A stretch of 64,000 bases of DNA from Selaginella moellendorffii (GCF_000143415.4 NW_003314271.1:1591769-1655768), one strand, 5' to 3'. Shown: positions 25,162 through 36,428, counted from the stretch's first letter. Notes: generated from the sequence alone by a model not told the origin. Numbers and translations: made by a program.

Positions 25162-28100
25162 TTAGCAGCCGGCAGCCTTGAGAAAATTGTCGTAGGGGCT
25201 CGCGGGTGGGAGCTTTACCAGCGGCCATGTCTCGTCAGCCGATGGTGTTAACCACGGAGGGCTAAAGACGGGGCTCTCGTTCAAGCTCTTGCTCCTGGAG
25301 CCGATAGCCTGCGTCCACTTTCCCTTGGCCTTTTGGAAACAAGGGAGCGTAAGCGATTGATAAAAACTCAAAAGCCTTGCGAAAACTTACGTCCGCTGAT
25401 GGCGTGCTCGGTTTCAGATTGCTATCAAGCCTCATCACGATTGACATGTTCTTCCTCGTTCCCGCAACGAAGGCCTCGCACTGGCTTGCAAGAGCATGAT
25501 AAGAAACCGGAGAGTTCGGGGTTGTGATGCTGGCGACTTGGCCGGCAGCTTCCAGTGCCTGTAAAAACATTTCCTTTGCTTGAGCACGCAGGAAAGTGAG
25601 CGTCTTACCGATTCTAGAAGCTGATTTACGCCCATAGCAGCTGGGGGAGGAACCGGGACATCAGCCAGTAGTGGAGGAAGACCAATAGAAGCCATTGGAC
25701 TCAAAGCATCCTCATCAGCCGAGGGTACAACCTACACAGCGAAAAGTAAGACATTGAATACAAACTACTTGTTTTATCCTCACATCGTCAAAAGACATAG
25801 ACTCCATGCCCATGTGACCGTTGAAAGCTTCCAAGTGTATCTTCGAGCCCAAAACAAGTGTGTCGTCTGGAGTAAACTTTTGGAGCAACTGCTCAGGTCC
25901 ACTCATCTAGTTGTAGTACGTGGAGTCAAAAGCCAGAAGGAAAAATCGTTACATGCAGAAAAAAATGTACCTCTAGGTGTGGTGGTGCGAGCTTAACTAT
26001 CATGGAAGCAATGGTCTCGTTTGAAGCATCGGGCGGAATGGAAATCTGTGACATGGCAGCTGCAGCCGATCTTTCTTCATCTATAGAGCCGTAGTTCTTA
26101 AAATTCGCACCGGAACAAAGCTTAAGCTTGTTGTCCTCCGTAACTTCCAGGAACGGATCCCTCTGGAAAAATGCGTCAACAATGTAAAGCAGCCAACGTC
26201 AACAATACCGTTTCAGCTGTAAGGTTAGCCTTGACAAGGGGTATGATATGGGGAACATCGTAAATTGTGGCAGCAACGATAAGCATGACAGTCGAAAGTG
26301 TGAACAGCGACCGGCGCTGGCACGAGCTTTTCACAGCTGTAAAGAAAGATAAGTACATTGCAAGTAATCCCGACGTTATGACATACCGCTGGGATCTAAA
26401 GCAAGAGTTCGCAGAGTCAGAGCAAGCTGAAAAGCTCGTATGCAAGTGTTATTGCTGGAAGTCTGAAAACCATAAGATGAGAAACAAAGACCTTCTGCAC
26501 GATCAAGAATTTACCTTGGGTCGAGAAAAAAGCAGCGTTAAGCTAAAAGTATGGCCAAGCGCCTCAAAGATGACGGGCACATTGTCGGCCATTGTAGCCT
26601 GAATTAATAAGCTCGAAAGAAGTAGCGATGCTTGATATCCGCTTAACCTGGCTGGCGTCATCTCCTGCAAATAAGATTGTAAGTCCAATCATCACAGCTT
26701 GAAGAACATACATACAACTTCTTTGACGGATGTGTCCTTCACGGCGAGAGATTCTTCAGCGTCCTTGAACTCGTCAATGTTTTCGACGCTCTTTTGCTTG
26801 TCTTTCATAACTTTCTCAAATAGAGAAGATGCTGCACTAGAAGGTGTCCGGAATAGAACTTTCACGTCACTCTTAACGAGAACCGCATCTCCCCCTGAAG
26901 GAGGTATCAACAAAACAAAGAAAATATGGTGGCAACCCAAACGAGTTTCGACGTCGGGGTGTACCATTGCTCGCAAAAGCTGGTAAAGCAACGCCTCTGG
27001 AAATGCCTGCAATTACAACATGAAATTCCTGGCCTTTTAGGTGCAAACATGGTACCTTTATGTGCAGATCTTCATTTGGAAGTGATACAACAATATGTGC
27101 AAGGACGGCCACTGCTTCGATAGTCGTTCTGGCAACTGTATTCTTGGACGAAAGCTTTTCCAGAATAACGGCCATTTGTTCCAGGATAGGAGTTGCTTCG
27201 CCAATCTAATCACACGACGTTAAACATCAGCTGAAATAGAGCACTTAAAATTTACCCTCCGTGCTAGCTCTATCAAACATCGCTCGATCGCTTGAAGACA
27301 GTCGTTCAAGTGCTCCATGTTGACACCACTAGACATTTCCAAAGAGAGTTGCAAACTTCTACGAAGATGGCGTGACAGATCGTTGATGATACCGACTTCC
27401 GAATGCTTGCTCTTGGGTTTCGAATGCCGTGCTAGGACTGTTGTGACCCTGACAATCTCGGTCTTCACTGGCAGCTCATTCGCAACATTTTTATGGTCTA
27501 GGTGTCTCACTAGCGCGCCAAGAACAAGATGATCGTTACCTGCAAAGAGGGCTCAAGCATAAGATACCTTTTCTTTGATGCTGAAAAAGATTTCACCTGT
27601 TTTCTCCATTAGAAACACCATATCGCGAAGAACGGGGAGAGCGATTCCAGATTCTAGCGACCATGATTTCTCTGAGTCGAAATAGTTGAAGGCAGCGTCC
27701 AAAACGCAGCGTATAGTTGTTGTCTCCTTGCCTAAGCATGCCATATTCTGGACGCAGATCTGCGACCACACCTTAGGCGTTTCAGATTCTTCTCTGGCAT
27801 AACAGACAAAAGATGATCAGAAACAACCTCAAGAACGATCGATACATACTTGGTGAGGTTTCTGGGATACTTGATGCGAATACTTTCCATGTTGAAGGAC
27901 ATTCGCGCCAGTGCATCACGCATAACACTTCCTTTCAGGAACCCCTTCACAAGATTTTGTGCCGGCTCCCTTTCGCCGCCTTCGGTTTCTACTGCGGTCA
28001 CAGTCGCTTCATAGTTCATCAAAACAGCACGCACGATCTGCACGTTTGACGTTAAAACACAAGATCTTAACGCACAAAATAGACCTCACCTCATCAAAAT

Positions 28101-28981
28101 CGGAGGGCATGTGAGAAAACTCCCCCATAAACCATAACTGGAAGTAGACAAGAAATAAATCATAGGACACAGGACAGACCACAACCAGAAATCTCTTACC
28201 ATCGCGGAAAGAGCTTGCAGTCCTGCAGCTCGTAAGATACTTCGCTTCGGCTCGGGTCCAGTCTCTCGGGCAAGAGCGCAAAACTTCGGTATAAAACTAT
28301 CCAGGTTGTGCATGTACGTGGTATCAACCTGTTCCAAGCCTTTAAGAACGCCATCAAAACGAAAAGATCTGCTACCTGTTGGTAAATAAATTCCACGACT
28401 GTGACGCATCCAAGAACACGCATTTCATCATTTTGTTGCTCCAGTAGCACATGAATCATGTTTAAGGCACTGACGGCCAGTAGAGGCCTGCGCATCTGAC
28501 ATGTTAGTAGCTGACACAAAGAACTCTCTCGCTGCTCACATTTGATCTTTGCAAGTCGAGAAGAGCTTAAAAAATGTGCGCATGATAACTCTGACCGATC
28601 CATAGTGCTCGTGTCGCAGCTCCTTGTAGCCTCGAAGCTCCAAGTTCTTGGCAATCTATTCGCAAAGGAAATTGAGCTACAGATAAAAGAGAAAAATTCC
28701 CCCAAACCTTTGGTATCCGGAAGGGATTTTTCACAGCGTAGTCCGTTAGCTTCGAGATCTTCCTATCATTCGGTTGCTCGGCCTGTGAGCGAAAGAAAAA
28801 GAAAATTCTATCACCAGAGCTGGGAAATCCAGAAGAAGAAACTCACCTGGGACTTGGGAAAGAGATCAGAGAGGAGCTTCTTGTAGCGCTTGACCGGCTG
28901 CCGCGATCTAGCCCTCAAACCGGGGCAGCACACGCACAAATGCCCACACAGCGGCAGCACGCGCCTCGAGATGATTCCCAT
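25162..28981 (-). CDS. EFR3-like ARM-repeat protein (SEMI-ROLLED LEAF 2-like), ~20 exons
   Basis: N-terminus MGIISRRVLPLCGHLCVCCPGLRARSRQPVKRYKKLL; internal AFPEALLYQLL...HPDVETR; C-terminus KLPPASPYDNFLKAAGC. Confidence 0.92.
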
Positions 28982-29151
28982 TCCGCGCGTCGGCTATCTA
29001 TCCCCCGCTCATCGATCGATCGATCCCTAAAATCTCCCGAGCTGCCGGCCTTGTCCCGGCTCCCGGCTCCACAGCCAGCTGGGGGCAAATTTTTCTCTTT
29101 TTCTATTTTTTAGGGCTCTTGATCACATTTTAGGGTTCTAGCGTTGGAGCA

Positions 29152-29551
29152 ATGGACACATCGTCGCCGTGCCCCATGGTGAATGGCGAGCTGCTGAGGC
29201 GCTACCCTGGGCGGCGAGTGCGCTGCGTGATCAGGGTATCGAGGATGGAAGCTGGGGGCAGTGTGATCGTCGGGCAGACGGCGGACAATGTCCAGGTGAC
29301 TGTCAAGCAAATGGGGGCGCCTCCTGTGGGAGCGCTCACCGAGTTCGTGGAGGTGATCGGCGTTGCGGAGGGCGATAGGAGCATCCGGGCGGAGACGTGC
29401 ACGAGCTTTGGAGGCGGCTTTGGTACCCACATTTCTTTCTCTTTGCGGATTTCTCATTCGATTCTTTTTGTCTTCTCTTTTGCTAGATATGTCGATCTAC
29501 AACCAGCTCTGTCAGATGGCAAATGGGGACTTCCAAGAGCTCTTTGTGTGA
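29152..29551 (+). CDS. RPA3: Replication protein A 14-kDa subunit, 2 exons
   Basis: MDTSSPCPMVNGELL...GRRVR...FVEVIGVA...FGGGF/DMSIYNQLCQMANGDFQELFV. Confidence 0.92.
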
Positions 29552-29883
29552 CCTTGTTTCGGCATTGACAAGATGATCGAGTCGATTTTAAACGTGGAGA
29601 AAGTATGGTAGGGAACTTTTTTTTCTTGTTTATATAGTCTATACTGATCAAGATAGAGTTTACGGGTTCTCATTCTTGTTTGCTCGGTTTTTCTAGATAT
29701 CAGGCTAGCAAATGTTCCTCCGAAGCATCCGGAAAGCGTGCAAGTCTGGTAGGAAACTTTTGCTTGATTCGTTTGCTTGACACCACTGATTGTTCTCAAC
29801 TTGTACTGAGTCCCTGTTTTCCCTTGCTTCACATCAGTCATTGTTTTCTGAAAGTCTTCTGGCGTAACTCATGCTTACAACAT

Positions 29884-30067
29884 TGATTCTTATAGTTGCA
29901 CCTAGCTACAGTCAGTCGGTCTTGTGGCTGATTTAATATGATTTTCTAATTTAAAGACTTTTTGTGAAGCTGATACCCATAAAATGATTCTTATAGTTCG
30001 GTCTTGTGGCTGATTTAATATGATTTTCTAATTTAAATACGTTTTGTGAAGCTGATAACCATAAAAA
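29884..30067. repeat. Tandem direct duplication (~100 bp plus ~83 bp) in the peroxidase promoter
   Basis: tgattcttatagtt...cggtcttgtggctgatttaatatgattttctaatttaaa...tttgtgaagctgata.ccataaaa starts at 29884 and again at 29985. Confidence 0.9.
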
Positions 30068-30085
30068 TCAAGTAGTTTGCCACAA

Positions 30086-31227
30086 ATGAAGTATGGCTGT
30101 TTGGTTTTAGTGTTCTTCCTGGCGTTTAGTTTTAGACGTTTCTTTTCGGAAGACACTCTTCCGGCGGGTATGGCGTACAACTATTACTCCAAGAGCTGTC
30201 CGCTAGCCGAGCAAGTTATCTATCAAACCATGGTTATTGCTAAGCAGCTGCATGCCGGTATCACCTCGGACGTTACTCGATTGGCTTTCCACGACGCTTT
30301 TGTAGAGGTAATTCATTCAAGTCGGGTTTGACAGTGATTGTGAATTCTTTTATTGACAGGGATGCGATGCTTCGGCTTTGATAAAGTCCACGCCGGGAAA
30401 TCTAGCCGAGATGAATGCCTCCGTGAATAAGTTTCTGGAGGGCTTTGAGTTGATAGACGCTGCAAAGTTTCAGCTCGAGATCTTGTGCCCAAACACAGTC
30501 TCGTGTGCTGATATCATCCAGTTTGCAGCTCGCGATGGAGTCCGGCTGGTAAGAATAAATTTAAATCACTCCAAAGTTTACTTTTCTTGTTTGTGCTAGG
30601 ATGGAGGGCCTTTTTATGCTCTCCCAGGCGGACGACTAGACGGTCGAGTCTCTAAAGCTTCGAGAGCTACACAATTTTTGCCCTTGCCAACAATGAACGT
30701 CAGCGAGCTTAAGGCCAACTTTGCAGCCAAGAACTTCACTCTCGAAGAGCTCGCAACTCTCTCAGGTAAAGCTTGTCACGAAAACTCTGACTAACTCTTG
30801 AGAAAAAACTTCTTTTGTAGGAGCTCACACCATTGGAGAAGCGCATTGCTCCTCGTTCAAGGATCGCTTGTACAACTTCACGGGAAATGGTGACCAGGAT
30901 CCATCACTGGATCCAACATATGCGAGAGAGCTCAAGGCAAAATGCCCCCAGTCAGCCACAAGCGATGACACGGTTCCCATGGAGTCGGAGCCTTCCACTT
31001 CCAAGGTGAACACAGTCTACTACAGGGACATCCTTCGAAGCAAAAGTATATTTACATCGGACCAGACGCTGGTGAATGATCCCATCACGAGAGCTACTGT
31101 TGTCCAGTTCGCTAACAGCACAGAGATCTTCTTCCAGAAGTTTGCAGCCGCGATGCTCAAGATGAGCCTGCTGGAAGTGAACAAACCTGGAGGAGAGATC
31201 CGATATCACTGTGGCTCCATTAACTAG
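30086..31227 (+). CDS. Class III secretory peroxidase, 4 exons
   Basis: Signal peptide, YYSKSCP, RLAFHDAFVEGCDAS, CPNTVSCADII, GRLDG, LSGAHTIG (proximal His) and GEIRYHC; classic 3-intron layout. Confidence 0.95.
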
Positions 31228-31332
31228 CCAAGAATAAAGAAAGTAGAGAAAAGAAAGATCACGCGAGCGAAGGTCAATGAATTCTAGCAGGAAAGCAAAA
31301 CACTCCTTTCATCCAGGCCGACACGCTAGCTT

Positions 31333-33171
31333 TTATCGAGCTCCATCCGAGGATCGAAAGTTGAGACGATCTCTTCCTGAGACCGAGATGGAGAATTGCC
31401 CCGAGCTCGCCAGGAGTGGAGAAGACTGTGCAGCGGGTCTCTCCAGCTGAGGGAATGCCAACACATCCATGGCACCCTCGAGCATCTTCACCACCACAGA
31501 CATCGTTGGCCGCTGCAAGGGATCCTCCTGCGTACACCATAACCCGATCCGGAGGATGTTCTCAAAGCCAGTCAAGGAGAAAGCACCACCATCCTCGGCT
31601 TTGAGCAGCCGGTCGTCCACCAAGTCCATCGAGTTTCCACTGTCCAGCTTGTTGAAAGCGGTTTGTCCGAGGAACACGACGTCCATCTGTGAGCCCGAGC
31701 CCGAGGAACACTCCACGGCCTTCATGCCGCAAACGAGCTCGAGAAGGACGACCCCAAAGCTATAGACGTCAGTCTTGTCCGTGACTCGAGAGTGGAGCCA
31801 CTCGGGAGCCATGTATCCCACCGTGCCTCGCATGACCGTCACGACGTGACTCTCGTCCTTGTCGATGAGCTTGGAGAACCCAAAGTCGGCGATCTTGGCG
31901 CCCATCTTCTCGTCCAGGAGGATGTTCTGGGGCTTGATGTCCAGATGGAGTATCTTCTCGCGGCATCCTTCGTGGAGATAGGCGAGCCCCCGGGCAACGT
32001 CGAGCGCGATGGAGAGCCTGGATGCCCAAGGCAGGGAGCTGTCCTTGGCGAAGATCCAGCTATCCAGCGAGCCATTGGGGAGGAACTCGTAGACGAGCAA
32101 ATTCTGTGGAGAGTGGAGGCAAAATCCAACCATCTTGACGAGATTGAGGTGGTGAATGCTGCCGATCGACATCACCTCCGCCTTGAATTGCTTGTCCCTC
32201 TGCCGCACTCCACCTCCGATCCTCTTGACTGCCACAATCTCCCCGCCCGGCAACGTTCCCTTGAACACACTCGCAAATCCTCCTTGTCCCACCTTGCTCT
32301 GGAATCCCTTGGTCGCTCGATACACCTCCTGGTACCTGAATTGCCGCGGCAAATCCGCGAGATTGCCGAGATCGAGCGGCCGCTCCCTGACGGCAGCATC
32401 GGAAGAGCGTCGCAAGAACTTCCACCACACTAGCCCTAGGAGCGCCAGGACGACGATCGCTCCACTGGAAACCACGGCAATGGCGATATTGCGATCTCTC
32501 GTGCTGGAATCCTCGCGCTTCCAGCTCCAAGTGACCGCCAACACATTATCAAAGTAGGTTTGCCCCAGCGCTTCCCACACGGCTCTCGTCCCTCCCAGCG
32601 ATCTGGGCGAGCACGGCCCATAGAATCCAGTGTCTGCGGTACACCCGATGTTCGATCCACACTGGTCGATCACTGTCGCCGTCACGCTCAGCCCATTCTC
32701 CGCCGTGATCACGATCTCTCTGTGGCACGACGATCCATTGGCGAACCACCCCGTGGACATGGACGCCAGGAGCTCCGAATTCCTTGGCGGCGTCGAGCGA
32801 TTGCAACTCGTAGGGGACTCCTCCAGCTCGATGAAGTAGAATGCCGCGAAATTGCGAGGCTGTTCTTGCGGCGAGCAATTGAAGAACTGGTAGGTGGTGT
32901 TGTCGAAGCAAAGTGCTGGGTTGTGGGCGGTGGCATTCGAGTAGACGAAGGTCTGGGCGGGCTCGCAGCCGGGAATGGGGCAGGAAAGAGTGCTAGCTGA
33001 TGGATCGCCATCGCAGGTCTTACTAATAGGATTGCAAACGAGGCCGCCAGAACAATCGCGCGTAGACTCGCATGTCATGCCGCAGGAGGAGGAGAATTGT
33101 TGCGCGGTGGCCCCGGCGAGTGAAGAGATCAAGATCATCGCGAGCGCGAAGAAAGTGGTGCGATGCTCCAT
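31333..33171 (-). CDS. Receptor-like kinase type A1: signal peptide + kissper-like + kiwellin ectodomain + TM + non-RD Ser/Thr kinase; intronless
   Basis: ATG at 33171 (MEHRTTFF). Kissper-like CGMTCESTRDCSGGLVCNPISKTCDGDP...C; kiwellin motifs YQFFNCSP, MSTGWFANGSSC, NGLSVTATVIDQC, GPC...RAVWEALG, VTWS; TM IAIAVVSSGAIVVLALLGLVWW; kinase [36 protein letters not shown]. Confidence 0.92.
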   Translation of the reverse strand: MEHRTTFFALAMILISSLAGATAQQFSSSCGMTCESTRDCSGGLVCNPISKTCDGDPSASTLSCPIPGCEPAQTFVYSNATAHNPALCFDNTTYQFFNCSPQEQPRNFAAFYFIELEESPTSCNRSTPPRNSELLASMSTGWFANGSSCHREIVITAENGLSVTATVIDQCGSNIGCTADTGFYGPCSPRSLGGTRAVWEALGQTYFDNVLAVTWSWKREDSSTRDRNIAIAVVSSGAIVVLALLGLVWWKFLRRSSDAAVRERPLDLGNLADLPRQFRYQEVYRATKGFQSKVGQGGFASVFKGTLPGGEIVAVKRIGGGVRQRDKQFKAEVMSIGSIHHLNLVKMVGFCLHSPQNLLVYEFLPNGSLDSWIFAKDSSLPWASRLSIALDVARGLAYLHEGCREKILHLDIKPQNILLDEKMGAKIADFGFSKLIDKDESHVVTVMRGTVGYMAPEWLHSRVTDKTDVYSFGVVLLELVCGMKAVECSSGSGSQMDVVFLGQTAFNKLDSGNSMDLVDDRLLKAEDGGAFSLTGFENILRIGLWCTQEDPLQRPTMSVVVKMLEGAMDVLAFPQLERPAAQSSPLLASSGQFSISVSGRDRLNFRSSDGAR

Positions 33172-33462
33172 GGCTGGAGCTTGAGATGCAAGACCTGGAC
33201 CTGAAGATGCCAACTCTCGCGGGTAAGTTAGTTTAAAAGCTCTATCTAAAAGTCAATGAAAAGCTTTAAGAATTGGAACTGCTATATGAACCTTCCAGGT
33301 ATTCTTGTTTGACTTTTCTTGCTTGCCATCAGGATACTGCCAAGCTTCACACTAAACATGACCATAGAAAAAGCACTGATGCGACTTCTCTGATCTCTTT
33401 TATTTGATGTTTTGATCATATAATTCCATGGTCGTCGCTATGAACAGTGGTCGTCTGCAGCT
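33172..33462. promoter_or_regulatory. 291-bp divergent (bidirectional) promoter between RLK A1 and B1, with two W-boxes
   Basis: Start codons point outward; AGTCAA at 33251 and TTGACT at 33309; TATA-like CTATATG at ~33282. Confidence 0.6.
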
Positions 33463-35403
33463 ATGGAGGTACTCCTGTGCTTCATCATCGTCCTAGCGTG
33501 TAGCGCAAAGAGCTTCCACTACTCGCAAGCCCAACAACAGGTATGTTCTTCGTCGACCGATTGCCCAAATGGATCCCTTTGTTTCCCGGAGCCCATGCTC
33601 GGCGGCAACCGTTCACTCCAAAACTCGTCCTGCTACCAATCGAGCAATCGATCCGAGCCATACCTTAGCGATTCCGACGTTTGCCAGCCCAGTTCCAGCT
33701 TTGTTTTCAATGACACCATCGCTCCAGACTGCCCGAATTGCTGCGTCCCAGGCCTGGCTTACAGGACTTTCACTTGCTCTCCAATTTTTCAAGAGACCAA
33801 CAATGCCGTCCTATATGTCACAAGATTCAATCTCTCAAGTCCGGGTTCTCTCAGGTCGTGCACGTCCTTCGGGTGGGATTTTGATCTCATGGCGGCGGTG
33901 GCCACTGGGTGGTATAACCAAGACCGAAGCTTGTGCTCCACGAATATCCAAGTTTTAGCTCCAAATGGACGAACTGTGGTGGCCAGGGTCGTGGCTCAAT
34001 GCTACTCCGGGGGAGGGTGTCTCAGCGATTTTTCGTTCACGGAGCCCTGTGCTCCAAATGCCGTGGCAGCGAACGAGCAAGTGTGGAGGCAGCTTGGGTA
34101 TGATCCAGGCATTGGAATCGTAAAAAATATCACCTGGAGTATCACTACTAACAGTAATCCTCCACAGTCACCGTCTCCAAGACGCATGAACCGCAACTTG
34201 GGGTTAATTGCTGGCATAGTGAGTGCTGTGGTGGTGGTGTTGGTTAGTGTCGCAGCCTTCATAGCAACCAGGCGATGGAGGAGATCTCTTGAGAGACGAA
34301 GAAAAGATGAGCAAGCGCTCATGGATGGAATGAGGCTCGATAAGTTACTTCCACACCAGTTTAGCTATCACGACTTGAGAGCAGCGACTGGAAGCTTTGC
34401 TCCACAGTTCATGCTCGGAGCTGGTGGATTTGGATCCGTCTTTAAGGGGGAGCTTGCAGATGGAAGCCTGGTTGCTGTCAAGAAAATGGATGTAGAGATC
34501 GAAGGCTCTACACAAGGACAGTCACAGTTTAAGGCCGAGGTGATGTCCATTGGAAGCATCCATCACTTCAACTTGGTAAGGCTCCGGGGATTTTGCATCC
34601 AGGGACCAGCTGCATTGCTTGTCTACGAGTTTATGCCCAATGGCTCATTGGACAAGTGGATCTTCACCAAATACGATGATGGCAAAGCTGGCGGAATCCT
34701 GCTGGACTGGAACCAGAGACACTCAATCGCGATAGATGTTGCTCGAGGACTCACGTATCTCCACGAGGGATGCCGGGAGCAAGTTCTTCACCTGGACATC
34801 AAGCCGCAAAACATCCTCCTGGACGAGAACTTGCGAGCCAGGATCTCCGACTTTGGCCTGAGCAAGCTCGCCGAGCGAGGAAAGAGTCAGGTGGTGACTG
34901 TCATGCGAGGAACTCCCGGATACATGGCACCCGAGTGGCTCCATACCAAAGTCACGGACAAGACCGACGTCTACAGCTTTGGAATTGTGCTGCTTGAGCT
35001 CGTAAGCTCCAAGCGGGCCTTGGAATTTCATCCTTTGACATCCTCCTCCTCCTCCTCCTCCTCACAACCGACAGTGCACTTCCTGGGTACAGCCGCATTG
35101 AGCATGTTTTACAGTGGCAAAGTTGTGGAGCTCATTGACGACAAGCTCTTTGTCAATAATCTAAACGACGATATCGCCAGCAGCAGTGGCTTGGATTTCA
35201 AGGATGCCGAGAGATACCTGAAGATTGGATTGTGGTGTATCCAAGCCGAACCAGCAATGCGACCCTCTATGAGAAACGTATTGGATATGCTTGACGGTAG
35301 CGTAGATGTTCTTGAGTTGCCACCACCTTCAAGTGATGGTAGTTCGAGAAACTTTAGCTTGCGACCACCTGAATCCTCTAACTTCAGCTCCACCAGTTTG
35401 TAA
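33463..35403 (+). CDS. Receptor-like kinase type B1: kiwellin ectodomain + TM + non-RD Ser/Thr kinase; intronless, 646 aa
   Basis: Signal peptide; kiwellin pattern CQPS...DCPNCCVPGLAYRTFTCSP, AVATGWY...C, NGRTVVARVVAQC, EPCAPNAVAANEQVWRQLG, ITWS; TM; kinase [27 protein letters not shown]. Confidence 0.93.
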   Translation: MEVLLCFIIVLACSAKSFHYSQAQQQVCSSSTDCPNGSLCFPEPMLGGNRSLQNSSCYQSSNRSEPYLSDSDVCQPSSSFVFNDTIAPDCPNCCVPGLAYRTFTCSPIFQETNNAVLYVTRFNLSSPGSLRSCTSFGWDFDLMAAVATGWYNQDRSLCSTNIQVLAPNGRTVVARVVAQCYSGGGCLSDFSFTEPCAPNAVAANEQVWRQLGYDPGIGIVKNITWSITTNSNPPQSPSPRRMNRNLGLIAGIVSAVVVVLVSVAAFIATRRWRRSLERRRKDEQALMDGMRLDKLLPHQFSYHDLRAATGSFAPQFMLGAGGFGSVFKGELADGSLVAVKKMDVEIEGSTQGQSQFKAEVMSIGSIHHFNLVRLRGFCIQGPAALLVYEFMPNGSLDKWIFTKYDDGKAGGILLDWNQRHSIAIDVARGLTYLHEGCREQVLHLDIKPQNILLDENLRARISDFGLSKLAERGKSQVVTVMRGTPGYMAPEWLHTKVTDKTDVYSFGIVLLELVSSKRALEFHPLTSSSSSSSSQPTVHFLGTAALSMFYSGKVVELIDDKLFVNNLNDDIASSSGLDFKDAERYLKIGLWCIQAEPAMRPSMRNVLDMLDGSVDVLELPPPSSDGSSRNFSLRPPESSNFSSTSL

Positions 35404-35553
35404 TGTTACACCACTATATTGAAACTCTGAAACGTCCCACAAGAAATATCTCTGGAAAAGCAATCAGCTTCATTGTAAATTAGTTGTGAAAACCAACTTA
35501 GTGTCACAGTCTGGGTGGTGTAGTTGGTCATCACGCTAGTCTCACACACTAGA

Positions 35554-35630
35554 AGTCAACCCGGGCACGAGCATTTTTCGATATGGTGCCGTGTCGAAGC
35601 CAAATCCGCGTAGTCAAAAAGACGTTGACT
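35554..35630. promoter_or_regulatory. Cluster of three W-boxes upstream of the BSP/PR-17 gene
   Basis: AGTCAA at 35554 and 35612 and TTGACT at 35625, 80-160 bp upstream of ATG 35712. Confidence 0.6.
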
Positions 35631-35711
35631 TCGTAGCCATAACCGCGTACAAACACTTCATAAACCCCTTCACGAGCCTTCTTCAGACGATATTGATTTT
35701 TGCGATCAACA

Positions 35712-36428
35712 ATGACGCAAACTTGTCTGAGAGTTTCCACTGCACGTCTTTTGAGCTGCTTGTCCCTTGTTCTCGTTATCACGTCCCGTGTCCATGCAGA
35801 CATTGTCCTGGTCGGAGCAAACAATGCCGAGGACACCGACGGTGGCAAGCGCTTCAACTCGGTGATGGGGATCTCCGGGGCCTTCAAAGTCCTGGGCGAT
35901 GCAATCAACTTCATCCCGCCGCTGTTGCACTATGGTCTCGACGGTGTTCCCACAAAACTAGTGACCAAGGTTGTCTTCACGGTCGAGAAGCAGCTCCAGC
36001 AGGGTGCGGTTGCGATCACATTTGGGACGGGCAGTCCCGGCGAGTTCCAGATCCAGTTTAATGCTCCATCTGCCGATAACTACGAGGGGATCAAAGGGGT
36101 AATATACCACGAGATGGCTCACGTTTGGCAGTACTTTGGGCAAGGAACTCCCAGTGGAGTGACTGAAGGAGTGGCTGATTATGTCCGGCTCAAAGCCGGG
36201 CTCGCTCCATCTCACTGGGTGAAGCCGGGCGGTGGTGATCGCTGGGACCAGGGCTACGATGTTACTGCCTATTTCTTTGATTACTGCAATAGCCTCCGTG
36301 GAGATTTTGTGTGGCAGATGAATGCGAGGCTTGCAAATGGTGCGTGGAGTGAGTCTGTGTTCAGTGATTTGCTTGGAAAGAGCGTACAGGATTTGTGGAC
36401 TGACTACAAGAACAAATACGGTGGGTAA
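35712..36428 (+). CDS. Plant basic secretory protein (BSP / PR-17 family), intronless
   Basis: Signal peptide; GVIYHEMAHVWQ (HExxH), EGVADYVRLKAG, HWVKPGGGDRWDQGYDVTAYF and LGKSVQDLWTDYK. Confidence 0.95.
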   Translation: MTQTCLRVSTARLLSCLSLVLVITSRVHADIVLVGANNAEDTDGGKRFNSVMGISGAFKVLGDAINFIPPLLHYGLDGVPTKLVTKVVFTVEKQLQQGAVAITFGTGSPGEFQIQFNAPSADNYEGIKGVIYHEMAHVWQYFGQGTPSGVTEGVADYVRLKAGLAPSHWVKPGGGDRWDQGYDVTAYFFDYCNSLRGDFVWQMNARLANGAWSESVFSDLLGKSVQDLWTDYKNKYGG

